From: Camelus ferus
Taxonomy: Eukaryota
Assembly: GCF_009834535.1 (NCBI RefSeq)
Contig: NC_045711.1
Location: forward strand, 18,600,001 to 18,664,000
DNA length: 64,000 bases
Direction: 5' to 3'
In this document: positions 34,088 through 58,600 of the stretch, one piece after another
Numbering within the stretch: position 1 is the stretch's first letter
How the letters are laid out: each line of letters starts with the position of its first letter
Position numbers and translations under genes: made by a program
The notes under the pieces: generated by a model
What the model was told of the DNA's origin: nothing
Seen by the model: the letters and a program-made list of their open reading frames with translations, nothing else
Databases searched by the model: none

Positions 34088-35695
34088 GGTGGGTCCAGCT
34101 GCAAGAGAGCCAGGATGCAGGGACCACTCAGCGAGGGGGCGGCCCCCAGGGCAGCAGGGCAGGCACTCTGGCTGCCGTCCTGCTGGGGTCAGAGTTGAGC
34201 CCACGAGGGGGCTTCCTGAGAATTTCTCGGGAGAAAGGGACCCCTTTCAGGGTTTCCTGGGAGGAGGTTGGGAGCTGCCCAAGCCCCCTCCCCAAACCTG
34301 CAAACAGCCTACCTCCTGGGAGGGCGGGGTCACTGAGAAAGTCACTCAGATTCGTGGCAGTTCAGGGAAAGGGGAGCATCTTCCCCACCCCACCCTCCAA
34401 GATCTCTGATACCACCAAAGCCCGTGAGGTGGGTCTTACCATCACCAAAGCTCGTTTGACAAAGAAACAGGCTGCCTGGCCACACAGCGAGTGGCAGGGA
34501 CTGCAGACCCTCACCCACACATACAGCCAGGCCCCAGGGGCAGCCCCATTCTGGGTCCTAACTGGGGCTGGCACAGCAGGAGGAAACCAAGGCCCAGAGA
34601 AGACTGCGGCTTGGGGTCCTATGCAGCCTGCCCCAGATAGCCTGTCATACCTTTGAGGGGACCCTGGTAAAGCTCAATAGGCCACAGTTAACCCCCCCCC
34701 CAAATCTCAGCAACCCCCAGAGGCAGAGCTACCAAGTCAGAGCACAGAACAAGGGCGATGGCCCAGGCTGCCCAGGGGGCGGGAGCTGGCAGTCGACAGG
34801 TATGTGCCAGACCAGGCTGAAGGCCCTGCTGGGGGAGCGGCAAAGTGACCCTAAAGACACCAAGCAGGGCTGGCCCACTGCCTTGGACAGGGGCCTCTTG
34901 TGCCTGGGACTGTGGTGGGAGGGGAGCCATCCTCAGCTGCCAGGAATCCAGACAACAGAGGGCAAACTGAGGGCCCCAAACCCCACTGTTTGCTCACCTA
35001 CAAAACAGCACAGGTGTGGTGAGAAAGGTTAAAGGGGGGAGCCCAGAAGTGTGGGGCTGGAGGACAGGCATCTCTGCCAGGGACCGTGGGCCAGGCCCAG
35101 CCCTGGGTTTTTCCAGGGGACTCCTGCTCTCAGATCCTAGGCGCTGAGGGGGTGTGTGACTAAGGGACAAGCCCAGGGGACCAGTCAGATGGCCAGGCAG
35201 GACTGTCTCACTGAGGGCATGCAAATGACCCTGAGCTAGAGCCAACTCAGCTCCAAGGACTTCTGCCTGCCCTGTTGCAGCGGGTGCCTCAGCTTGCTTG
35301 CCAGGTGAGGCCTGCAGCCCGGCACCGCCGCCCGCTCCCGGGCTAAAAATAGGAAAGAGGGCCAGGGGGTGACCCAGCACGGCCCTGTGGCCGGCTTCCT
35401 CGTCCGGGATCAGTATTGCCACCCGCCTCCAAACTGTAAAGCGCTCGAAGACCCCACCTGTCTTACCGGGGACGCCGCCCAGCCTCCGGGTCGCGCAGAC
35501 CCCAGCCCGGGAAGAGGAGAGGGCGCAGCTGGGCCTCCCCTCCTCCTCCAAGCCGCGGCCAGCGAAGGAACCGGGGCCCTGGGGACGCGGGGATGGACCC
35601 AAGACCGGCCCCGAGCTCGGTCCTTCCCCCGTGCCCCCTTTCCGGGCCGGCGCCGCGCGCCCGGTGGAGGCCACGCCCCCGCGCTCCGGCCGTAC

Positions 35696-35790
35696 CTACG
35701 TCGCGGCTTCGGCGCACCGGCCGGCGGACGCAAGGGGCCCGCTAAGGCCGCGCACCCCGGGGCCGTCTGGGAATGTAACGTGGAGGACTC
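35696..35790 (-). other. MIEF2: Probable non-coding exon 1 of MIEF2
   Basis: Donor AG|GTACGG at 35696/35695 inside the CpG island. 5' end not determinable. Confidence 0.55.
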
Positions 35791-36472
35791 AGGAACCGAA
35801 CGCCGAGGCCCGGGGGGCGGGCTCGGGCCCGGCGCTCGCTGACCGGCAGCCGCTGGCTCCAATCGGAGCGCTCGAGGTGCCTTCCCACGTGCCTCCCTGC
35901 CGCGCGCTCGGCCAGTGGCGACGGCGCGCTCCTCGGGGGTGGTGCTCCCCGGCGCGCTCTGCCTTAAAGGCGCAGGGCTGCGCTGCGCGCTCGGCCGGCG
36001 GGAAGGCGCGCTTCCTCCGGGTCCCCTGGTCACTGTGGCCTGCGGCCGCTTACCATGAAAGAGACACGGGCCCCGTCACCCACTGCGACCGCCCTCTAGG
36101 GTGACGAGCGGGCATGTAACCGCGCACCCGGCATCCGAGCAGGAACGCCGAGGAGCTCGTGCTGCGCCCCGGGGAGCTTCTCACCGGAGGGAGGGCCCGC
36201 GGCTCCGGCACGAAGGCCCGGGCGTCCTACTGCCGCTGCCGCCGAGCGCCTGGGCCGGGGTCCAGAGCCACCGGGGTCCCGCGCACCGGCCGGCGGAGGG
36301 GACAACACCCGCGGGCCAAGAAGGCGGTGCGCTCATCCGCCGGGGCGCGTCCCGAGCCGGGGGCCGAGGGGCGGGGCCGCGCTCTCCCCGCCCCGCCGAC
36401 TCCGCGGTCCCCGCCCTTCGCGCCCCGCCTCGCCGGCCGCCCTCTCCCCGCTCCCGGCAGCCGAGCGCCGCC

Positions 36473-48381
<11,909 letters not shown>

Positions 48382-48555
48382 GGCGGCGTCTCCAACCCAC
48401 ACCCTGCCCTCTGGAGGGAGAGGAAGGGCCTGTCTGCCACCCCAGCCAGCAGAGGCGACCCTGACCAGTGGACCCCTGCAGTGTGAGCTCACAGATGATG
48501 CTCTGCCTGCACCCCAACCAGGGATAAAGCAGATGAAGTTGCCCTTTAAAGAGAT

Positions 48556-48605
48556 ATTAAATGCTTTTATTTTCAATATTAAAAATCAGTATTTTTAATA
48601 TTAAA
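48556..48605. terminator. Overlapping poly(A) signals of convergent FLII and LLGL1
   Basis: Plus-strand ATTAAA at 48556, 48578 and 48600. Minus-strand AATAAA (TTTATT 48566-48571) and ATTAAA (TTTAAT 48594-48599). Confidence 0.85.
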
Positions 48606-48747
48606 ACCGCTAATTTTAACAAAACGATAGGAAAAAAAAAACCCAGGGTATAATCTACAGGGAAACCCATCCTGCCCCACCCCCTCACCCCCATCCTGCA
48701 CACACTCGACCAGGCCCCGCTCCTGGGTGCCCAGTGGAGCTCTCACT

Positions 48748-48781
48748 CTCACACACACGCACACGCACACGCACACGCACA
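48748..48781. repeat. (CA)n/(CACACG)n compound microsatellite in the LLGL1 3' UTR
   Basis: cacacacacgcacacgcacacgcacacgcaca. Confidence 0.85.
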
Positions 48782-49658
48782 AGCTGGGGGGGCTGGCCCA
48801 GGAACAAGTACCAAAATAGTTTTAGAAATGACTGTTTTGCCTGGCACAGGCGTTAGAAAAATACTCTTTGCAAGTGGAGAGGACGGACCGATGGCACGTG
48901 GAGTGGGAGGTGGCCTGGGCTTTCGGCCCCAGCTGGCGGCCGCCCCCCCCCCCCGCCCCCCGAGTAGCCACCGCCTGTAGGAAGGCTGGTCTGAATCCAC
49001 CCGAGGCGCTGCACCAGGGCAGGCAGGTCCCGCTGGAGGCCAGGTTAGCAGGTGAAGGGCCAGGCTGGAGCCAGGAGTCCTGGATCCCAGCTCAGAGCAG
49101 AGCAGGCAGTGGCCTGGTGGCTCTGGCCTTCCTGGTAAAGGAGGTGAAGAGGAGTTAGTGTAAGGCCGAGGAGATGCAAAGGGGCAGGCGACCTGGCCAC
49201 ACAGTGCCACTCAGCCTCCCCAGAGTGCCAGCCTTAGATGGTCTTGCTGAGTGAGCCTGACCGCATCCGGCCCTGAGGGCAGGCGGGGGCCGCAGTGTCT
49301 GCTGGTGCTGGGAGAGGCTACTGGTTAACAGGCAGGGTGGGCAAGCCCACCGGCCCCAGATCTGGGTGGGGGCGGCACGAGACTGGAGTGGGGGGCCAGT
49401 CAGCCCCAGGCAGTGCCCGAACCCCTGTGCTGAGGTGATGTCACCTGCAAAATGGGCTTGCCAAACCAGCCTCTAAGGGGTGTGGCCTGGTCTTGTTCCA
49501 AACACCAGCCGTGACAGCTGGAGGCTGACTGGCTGGCCCTGGTTTTCTAACACCCAACCATGAAAACCACATTTGTGGGTTCCCCCAGCCCTGCCAGGAC
49601 AGTCCTGGGGGGCTGAGCAGAGAGGAGGGGGGAGACCTGGGCCTGCACCTACAGCACC

Positions 49659-52600
49659 TCATTTGATCAGGATGGCACAGGCGGGAGATTCGTCCTCCGA
49701 CAGGTTCCGCAGGTTCCTCTCAGAGTCCTCTGACGAGCTGGCGGAAGGGGTGGTGATCAGAGGTCTGGGGTCTGCCTGGCCCCTCCTTAGTCCTCCGTGC
49801 CCCGCGTGACACAAGGGTGGCGAGAGGCCGGGGAGCCGAGGCAGCCCCTCCCATGGCCCCATCCAGCCACCTCACCCCAGGAAATCCTTCACGTCCTCCA
49901 CCGTGACGTCCCCCGTTGTGTCCAATGTGGTCTCGGCACTGGTGGCCGAGTCAATGGACATGGGTGAGAGTGTGGCCTCGGGCGGCTCCGGGGTGTCTGC
50001 AGGGGGGAAGTGATCAGGGCCTCAGGGACATCCCCCCACACCTGGGGACCTGGGCACCCAGTCCCACATCTAGCCAGTGGTGGAAAGCGGCATCGACAGC
50101 CCCCCTCGCCTCCTGTGTGGCACACCCCTCCCCAGGCTTCCAGCCTTAGCTGGCCTGCCGCCTCCCACAGAGGCCTGCCTGAGATCTGGGCTGCTCCACT
50201 CTCATGCCCAGCCCTCCTCACCAGCTCCCGTGCTGAGGACAGGATCGGGGCTTCCATCACAGCTCTGTGGGGCCAGGACGATACCCGGGGTCCCATTAGC
50301 CTGGCTCAGCTTGGGCGACTCTCGGAGCCTGCAGCTGCAGAGACGGGGCCGTGCTAGGGGCCATGGGCAGGCAGCTCATGGCTCAAGGGCAAGAACCCTG
50401 CCCTCCTGTTACCGAACCCTCGGCCCAAAGAGGGCTGTCCTGGCTCCTTGCAGATCTGGGCACAGACCTCTGGGGCCAGGGGCTACCCCTCCACACACCT
50501 GGCACGGGGGGCATCACGGGGCCAACTAATATCCAGAGAGCAGAGCGGCTCTGTGATGTTCCGCGCACTCAGGGAAAAGCGTTCAAACTCCGACGGGGAA
50601 ATCAGGTAAAAGCCTGCTCAGGGGAGGAGGAGCAGAGTGCAGTGAGGAAGGAGCCCTGGAGGGCCCTTCCGCTGCCTCCCTGGCAATCCTCCTGGCCCCG
50701 CACAGGTCCCCGCCCGGAGGCCGCCCTGGCCCCCCCGGCCCCCCTCCCCTGCCCCCCCAGGCCGCCCCCTCACCCTGGCCGTGCCGCGTGAAGACGCAGG
50801 AGGCGATGCCGCTGATGTCCTCCTTACGAATGCAGGCGTAGTGCACCTGGGGCCGCAGGCCGGGCACTGAGAAGACGTGCACGTCGCCCAGGTTGGTGAG
50901 GCAGGCCAGGCAGGTCTCGGCGTAGTCCTCGCAGGCCACGCTGGCAAAGGTGGCCAGAGCCACCTTGCGCACACGACAGCCCTCATGGGCCGTCAGCTTG
51001 AACTTGGTCTTGGCGCTCACCTTGGGCAGTGTGAACACCTGAAGGCAGGTGGTGGCTGGTGAGCAGCGCCCCCACCCCTAGCCCAGGCTGCCGCTCAGAC
51101 CCGCACCCTGGCCACACCACGTCCTCTGTCTGCACGCTGCCCGCCCTGAGCTGCCGTCCTGACCTGACCCAGGCTCCACACCGGGGAACCTCCCAGCCCC
51201 TCCATGTGTGACAGAGCTGGTCACGAGCTCCCGCCAGACAGCCGGGGAGTGTTCCCCGAGGGGGCCTGCGGGGCACTTGGGTCCCTGGGGGGTCTCAGCA
51301 GCAGGGGTGCAGGCAAGGTGGGTGTTCTGAGGGCCCTGTGGTGTCTGGGAGGCGGGGGCCTGGCGGGGACTCCTGGCGGCTCACCTTGAACTGCTCCTCA
51401 GATGCGATGAGCACGGCGTGGCCACCCTGCATGTCAGGGGCCTGCGCCAGGTCCCGCGAGGCCTCGTAGGGCTCCGGCAGCGGGCGGCCACGTCCGTCCA
51501 GCACAGCGATGGCCACCACAGGGGCGCGGTGCATCAGCTGCACCTCCTTGCCCAGCACGGCCTCCACCGCACGCTCCGGCCGTTTCTCACTGCCTGCCGT
51601 GGCCGCGGGCACCTCCAGCGCGTAGGCAAACACAGAGCCCGAATTGGTGCCTGCCCACATGGTGGGTCCGTGGTGGGCCGCTGCGGGGTGATGGGCCAGT
51701 GAGGCGGGCGTCTGCAGTTGCCTCCCCACCCTCCTGATGCCCAGGACCCAGGGCCAGTTCTCTCCTGCCCACAGCCCTGGTGACCTTGGCCAGTCCTCCT
51801 GCAAGGGCAGCAGTGCCCTTCAGGGCATCTGCACAGGAAGTCAACCGGCACTTAAACTGGACCCGGCTTTCCCATACGCCCTCCAGCATCCCGGCAATGT
51901 GGCCACAGCGCAGAGCCCCAACACACCCCCATCCTGCCACTAGCCCTGCCAGCAGACTCGGAATTGGGCCCCCACCCTGCAGGTCCTCTGCTGGCCCCTG
52001 CGATGCCCCCATCCCTTCTCCACGTGGCACCCAGGTGCCAAGTCCTGTGCCTGGGCTGAGATGCATGCTGTCCGGCCTGCTTCCCCTGTGAGCTGGGCCA
52101 CTCTTAGGAAAAAGGAGGATCTTTTAGTGGAAAATCAGCTAAAAACAGGGGTGTAGATGGATGGGGTGCTCACTGCTCACGGGGTGGGGACAAACCCCAG
52201 GGAAAGTTAGTGGGCAACTCAAAGCCACGTTCTCTGAAGCCCAGTCCACTGGGACTTGGGCCCTGATAACTTCTTATGGGGACTGTGGAACCAGGTACAG
52301 ACCCCAGGGCTGCCACATTCAGACCAGAGGGAAGGTCTGCCGGACAAACAGGCCCCCGGCCAATAAATGACACCAGAAGTGGGGGCTCCCCTCCCAGATG
52401 GTGACTGAAAGACGCACCAATGAGCTGCCTCGTGCAGATGACCAGGACGCCAAACCCCTAGCTCTGAAAAGGCATTTGGAGCTGCCCCTGGGCCGAGTGT
52501 GACAAGAAACCCTGGGGTCGGCATCCACTCCAGGGGAACCATGCAGGCTACAGATCACATCTGCTAAACACTGAACTACTCACATCCGGGTTTTCGTTCA

Positions 52601-55600
52601 GAGCGCCCCACAAGACAGTGGGGTGCAGCAGCAGCAGCAGCCGGCCGGCATGGTCTGTGCTGTGTACGTGGCTGAAATGCCCCGTTGCAGCTCAAACCAG
52701 TCAGGGACTTGGTCCATAAACCCGACTGCATCGTTCTCTGTGTGGGACCCTCCTGGGGCTCTAACCACTTGGGGTTAAAGCCACCTGGCTCTGCAGTGCA
52801 GTGGAAAGCACCCCTGCCTCTGAATACCTGCCCTCCGCCCCAGCCTTGCGGCCTGGGCAGTCTCCCAACACACACCTGCCTTGGCCCTGGGGCAGCGCGC
52901 AGGCTCTCCGCAGATCCCAGGCTCCCTTCTCCACTCAGGCCTGAGGCCAGCCCGACTCACTCACCAACCCCTCACCCTCAGGCTGTTACAGGGGCTGTCC
53001 CAGGCCGGGGCACCTGTTGCCAGGATGGGCCAGCACACAGTAGGCACACGGCAAGGCTCTCCAACCTCCCAGAAGGCGCGGCTCCGCCCCTCCCTAGACT
53101 CACCGTCTCTAAGGAAAGTGTCGGCGAAGTAGAGGCAGCGCACGACGCCGGACAGGGAGTCGTCGGCCGAGCGGGGCTCGATGCGGCGCTGCACAGGCGT
53201 CACCTCCACGTCGTGAGGCCCGGCCTGCTCCGCCAGCTGCGCGTTGGCCTCCTGCAACTGGGGTGGGTGTGAGGCTCTGGAGCACGGCCTTCCTGTCCCC
53301 ACCACCCCACCCAGCCTAGCGCCGAGCATCCCCCCCGCCGCCCAGCCCACCTTGCTGCCGGCGTTGGCAGCGCGCTTCTTGCCCGAGACGCGGCTCTTGC
53401 GGATGCGTCGGAAGGACTGGCGCAGCGACTTCTTGAGCGACTTCACCCGGGACAGCGGCCCCTCCATGGCCAGGGAGTCGTTGGGGTGCAGGGTGCACCT
53501 GGGGGCAGCAGGTGCAGGGGGCCAGGCGTTAAGGAAAGGCCCCAGCTCCTGACCTCCCGCAAACCCAGCAGCTAGGGGGCTCAACTCCACGTGCGGATCC
53601 AGCTGCCAGAGGCGAGAGGGGCTTTGAAGTAACCCCCCCACCGTCACCACACCACACCAAGCCTCATCAGGGGAAACTGGGGCCCAGCCAGGTGTGGGGA
53701 GACACCTGTGGCCCTGAGAAGGCTGGGCCAGGCGGAGGCACAGGCTCCCGCTTCCCTGGCCTGCCCGCAGCACGCACCTAGCCAGCACAGGGCTCCTGCG
53801 CTGATAGTCAAAGAGGCCAAAGCCGTGACTGGTCCCGAAGGCCACAAGGCCCCACTCAGTGTGGAGCGTGACAGCGGTGACAGCAGCCGGTGGCAAGCAC
53901 TGCAGCAGCACGCGGGGCTGGAAGCCAGCTGGCCAGGGCCGCGGCCCCGTGCGCGGGCTCAGCCGCTCGTGGCCCTTCCACGTGAAGCCCTCGCGGTCCT
54001 GGAGGAGGTCCACGCTGGCCACGCTGACTGCCTGCTCCGACGGCACATCACTTAACTCCAGCACCAGCACCTGAGCCCAGATCCAGGACGGGGGAGCGCT
54101 CAGTGTGGAAGATGGGCCCCCCACACCTCACCTGCACCTGCAAAGCCACTGCCAGGGTGGCCCCAGGACTGTCTCATTCATCCACTGAATCAGCACTCAC
54201 TGAATGCCTACTGTATACAGGACACTGAGCAACAGGGCGGTGACCACAACTGTGCTCCCCATCCTGCCCACCCTGGGGACCCCACCACCCCACCTGGAGC
54301 CCCATTCCCACCTCTGGGCTTCTGCCATGCTGGTCCCTCCACCATTCTACCAGAAACTCCAGTGCAGGCCCCCTCCTCCAGAAAGCCCTCCGAGACCCCG
54401 ACCCGGGGGACACCTTGGCCCCACCTGGCCTGCAGTGCCGGCCACCACCATCTGGGCTGTGTACTTGCAGAGCGCCACCTTCTGCACGCCAAGCCGGGGG
54501 TCATCGCTGTAGGGGTCGAAGCAGCCCACCTGGGGGGTGAGAAGGAGCGGTGACACGGGGCAGGGCCGGCGCCAGACCCCAGGGGCCGGGCAGGGGCCCA
54601 CCTTGCGGAAGGGTGGCCAGTCGTCCTCAGCAGCCTGGGCCAGGCTGTCGGCGTGCTCGCAGTCCGTCTGGAAGAGGCCGGCCGTGCTCAGCTTGTACAG
54701 CGGCCGCAGGGCCACGCCTGAGGCGTCCCAGAACCTCACGGTGCCGTCCTCGTGGCTGCAGGGAGGACCACATCAGGCGCACCCCAGGTCCCTGTGCCCC
54801 TGCACCCACTCTTCCAGTGACTGTTCACTGGGGACGAGCACCCATGCCCGACACTGACTGGACTCCCACCGCACACAGCAGACAAGAGGCACCTACTGTA
54901 TGGGACAAACACATTGAGCACCTACTGTGTGCCAGGCCACAGCACCTGGGCCCCTCCCTGCAAACGGGGGGAAAGGTGCGAGAATAATCACCAGCGTGAC
55001 GAGCAGGAGATGGAGGAGGGGCAACAAGGGACAGAGGACACGGGCTCCTCCCCCGCGGGGCCCTAGAGGGGCGACCAGGAGTCAGCTGGGGCACAGACGG
55101 GTCAGCTCGGCAGAAGTAGCAGGAGCCAGGTGGCCGGAAGCAGGGGGTGAGGGGCGCAGCCTCAGGACCAGCTGTGGAGCCCAGGTCAGAGCCCCTGGGT
55201 GGTGGTGAGAGCCCAGAGCCAGGGCGGGAGAAGATGAGGGAGGCTGTGGGGCTGGTTGGGACACCTCCAGAGGCTCTGAAAGTCAGGCTCAGGAATTCTC
55301 AAGCAGAGGAGGGGATGCCAGAGTCAGAGGCCTGAGGGTCCCAGCGCAGGCAGACGGCAGGGGCAGGGCAGGAAACTGGGGCCTGAGTCACTGGGCACGT
55401 CAGCGCCCGCCAGGCCCAGGCTGGGCTCTCCAGCACCTGCCCAGGGCAGCTCGGCATGGGCCAGCCCAGATTTTCCGGTCCCAAGGCAGGCTGAATGGGT
55501 GGAGCCCCATTTCAGGCCAAGAGAAGGGCTGGACCTTAACCCAGGGTCCAGGGAGGCTTCACCCCGGTGCACCCTGAGGGAGGGGTGATATCCCACCACG

Positions 55601-58600
55601 GGCCGGGCCGAGTCGGTGGGCAGGTCAGCACCCACCAGGCCCAGGACAGGCCCTCCTGCACCCACGTGGGCTGCACCAGGCTCTGCTCCCCACAGGCACG
55701 CGCACAGGCATAGGCACAACTCTGCATAGCCTACCCGGTCAGCAGCAGCCCTCGTTGCGATGGCTCCTGAGCCAGGTTCCGGCCCCCGGTGATAGGCCAG
55801 CTCTGGGAGACGGAGGCGGAGATTTAAGCAGAGGGTCAGAACAAATGTCTTCCCCTTCTCGCCCCAGGCGAGTGCCTCTGAGTTCCCCCACGAACCCCTG
55901 CCACACTCCTGCCTCCACCAGGAACACCCGCCCTCCCCAAGACCCTGGCCAGGAAGATGTCCGGGACACACACCGAGGCACTGGAGGCAGGCTGGGGGCT
56001 CTGCTGCTCGCCAGCACTCACGATGCGCGCCCACAGCTTGGCAGGGACATTGGCAACATGGGCCGAGCAGGTGATGGCGGAAGAGTGCAGGGGGGCCAGG
56101 TACGGAGCAGGCACAGCCGGCCAGCCTGGCGTCTGCAGGTCCAGCACCACCAGCTCCTCTTCGAGCAGCACGGCCAGGGCCTGGGGCTCGTCGAACTCTG
56201 CGGGATGGGGCAGGTGAGTGGGGCCACAGGACGCTGCTGGGGGAGGGGGGAGGGGGGGAGGGGGGGGAGGCAGGGCACACACCGTCCTCAGGCCGTGTGC
56301 TGTGCACCGTGAAAAAGTCAATGATGCGGGAGGTGAAGTCCAGCGTCACCAGGGTCTCGGACCGGAGCACACTCACGCAGTGGCGGTCGCCGTAGCTGGC
56401 GCGGGGCATGCCACCGCTGAAGATGATGAAGTGGTCACTGCTCGGGGGTAGAGGAGCCACATGAACCACCTGGCGGGACCAAACACCAGCCACCCCACGA
56501 GCCTGGCCTCCCAGCAGGCGCAGCCACCACGCCCCACCTACCCGGACGCACAGTTTCGCCACAAAATCTTGTTGATGGCTTTGCAGGGGAAGGGGCCTGG
56601 AGGGGTAGGACAGTGTCAGGCTCACACTCGCCGGGAGGGCCCCAGGCCCTCATTTCTCACTGCTTCTCCAGTTCCCCTCCTGCCTCCATAGCTCCCACCC
56701 ACCCCTGAAGGGAAAGCCTATGCCCAACTGCCCCCCTCACCTCCGCAGCTTTGGCTGAGCACTGCTTCCAAGTCCCTCCAGAAACCCCCACCAAGACCAG
56801 GAGCCCGAGCAGCTGAGCCCAGGGTCACCGTCAACCCTGCGCAGGCCTCCCCCAACTCACCATAGGGCGTGGTGGCCACGGTGGGCTGCGCCGTCGGGGA
56901 GCCACCTGCGTCTGCAGACCAGATGGCATAGCTGCCATCGCTGTGCGAGCTGACCAGTGTGCGGCCGCTGCGCTCCCAGCACACACTCTCCAGCTGCTGC
57001 AGGGTGGAGTGAATGGGTGTGAGCGAGGCAGCGTGAGCAGAGGCCCCAGTGTGGCCGCCGGCCTCAGCCACGCACCTGGTTCCCCAGGAAGACGCGGTCT
57101 GCACACTGCGCGGCTCGGTTCCAGATGACCAGCAGGCCCCGGCTGTAGCCGATGAGGATCTTGGTGGGGTCCTGTAGGTGTCCCTGAAGCGACTCCACGG
57201 GGCCCAGTGCCTTCCCACACCGGTAGTCGTCAGGCACGCTGCGGGGGTGGGGGGAGCAGTGAGCAGGTGGCGGCTCACCCTGCAGAGGGGGTGGGGAAGC
57301 CAGACGGCCTCTCACCTTCGCAGAACCTCATCTGGGCCAAGGGTCTGCCCCTCGAGCAGCATCAGCGTGGGAACGTCCAGGAAGTAGACACTTCCGCCCT
57401 CAGTGCCCAGGGCGGCCATGTCACCAGCAGCCACCAGCAGGACCACTGTGATGCGGGCAAGGCTGGGCAGGCTGCTGTGGGGGCCCAGAGGAAACAGGTG
57501 AGGGTGTGAGCCCATCCATCTCCTGAGGAGGGCGTGGAGGGGGCTGGGCCGCTACTGCCCCATGGCAGCCCCCGCGCTGGCTAGCCTGACTCTGCAGTGG
57601 GCTGGCGCCCCAGAGAAGTGGATGGTGGCGGCTAGGGCATCGTGATTAGCTCGCTCAGTCACTCGGCAGGATGTCTGCCGGGAGAGGTAGAAAAACAGGT
57701 CCCCTGGTCTTGGAAAGAAACCCGGAGCACCCCCAACCCACCTAGAGGGTAAGGTAGGAACCAGGCCCGCCTGAGTCAGGCCCAGGAGCCCCAGGACACA
57801 CGGCCCTCCTGAGCCCCACCCAGGAACCCCCACCCCCAGCCCACGGACGTCACCCTGACTTTGCAGGCGGGCTCTGGCTCGCTCCCCTGCAGAGGCTGGG
57901 AGACCCCAGGAATCTACCTGGGTTAGGGCAGGGCGTGGGAGAGTCACCAGCCCCAGCACAAGTGGGACGAGCCTCTCGTCAAGCCCAGCAGGTATCCTGC
58001 AGCCTGGAGGACTGACCCACTCCGGCCATTTCAACACGGGCCGGCGGGCCGGGGACCAAGAGGCCCCTTACCGTCTCCCCTGGGGTCCGAGCCCACCCTG
58101 TGGCCCCTGAGCCGTCCTGCTCCAGCTCGAGGGGCTAGAAGACCTGCACCGGCGCCGTCAGGTCCTGCCCCGGACACCCCATCGCCGCAGGGGCCACACC
58201 ACACAGCAGGTGTGAGGGTTCTAGGGCCCAACATACACTCTCCTGTCCCCCGTCCCCTGATGCCCTGGTGGTCCCAGAGCACAGGCCCTGCCTGCTCACC
58301 TCAGATTCAGACAGAAACCCCACGGAGCATTCTCTCTGGGACCCAGGCCCAGCTCAATGTGCCGCCATCCTGAACCCCAGCCTCTGAGGCAGCTTCCTGT
58401 CCCCACTGCACCCTATGGGCTCCCCCCATGTCCGGTAGATGTCACTGGCCAAGTCCTCCAGTACCTGGCACCGTCGAAGCCCAGACGACTGGGCGGCTGG
58501 AAGCTGAGGGCTTCCTCCAGGTGGGCGCAGCCATTATGGTGGATGATCTCCCAAAGGTGGAGGCTACTGTCGTCCAGCAGGGTTAGGAGGCGGCCCTGGC

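Noticed and set aside
33811-34656. 281-aa plus-strand ORF antisense to MIEF2
   Set aside because: Non-ATG start, low complexity, and it overlaps a real exon on the opposite strand.
34088-35790. An LYR-motif microprotein uORF like that of the paralogue MIEF1
   Set aside because: No ATG in the 11-nt exon 2 leader or in the visible part of candidate exon 1, and no LYR motif seen.
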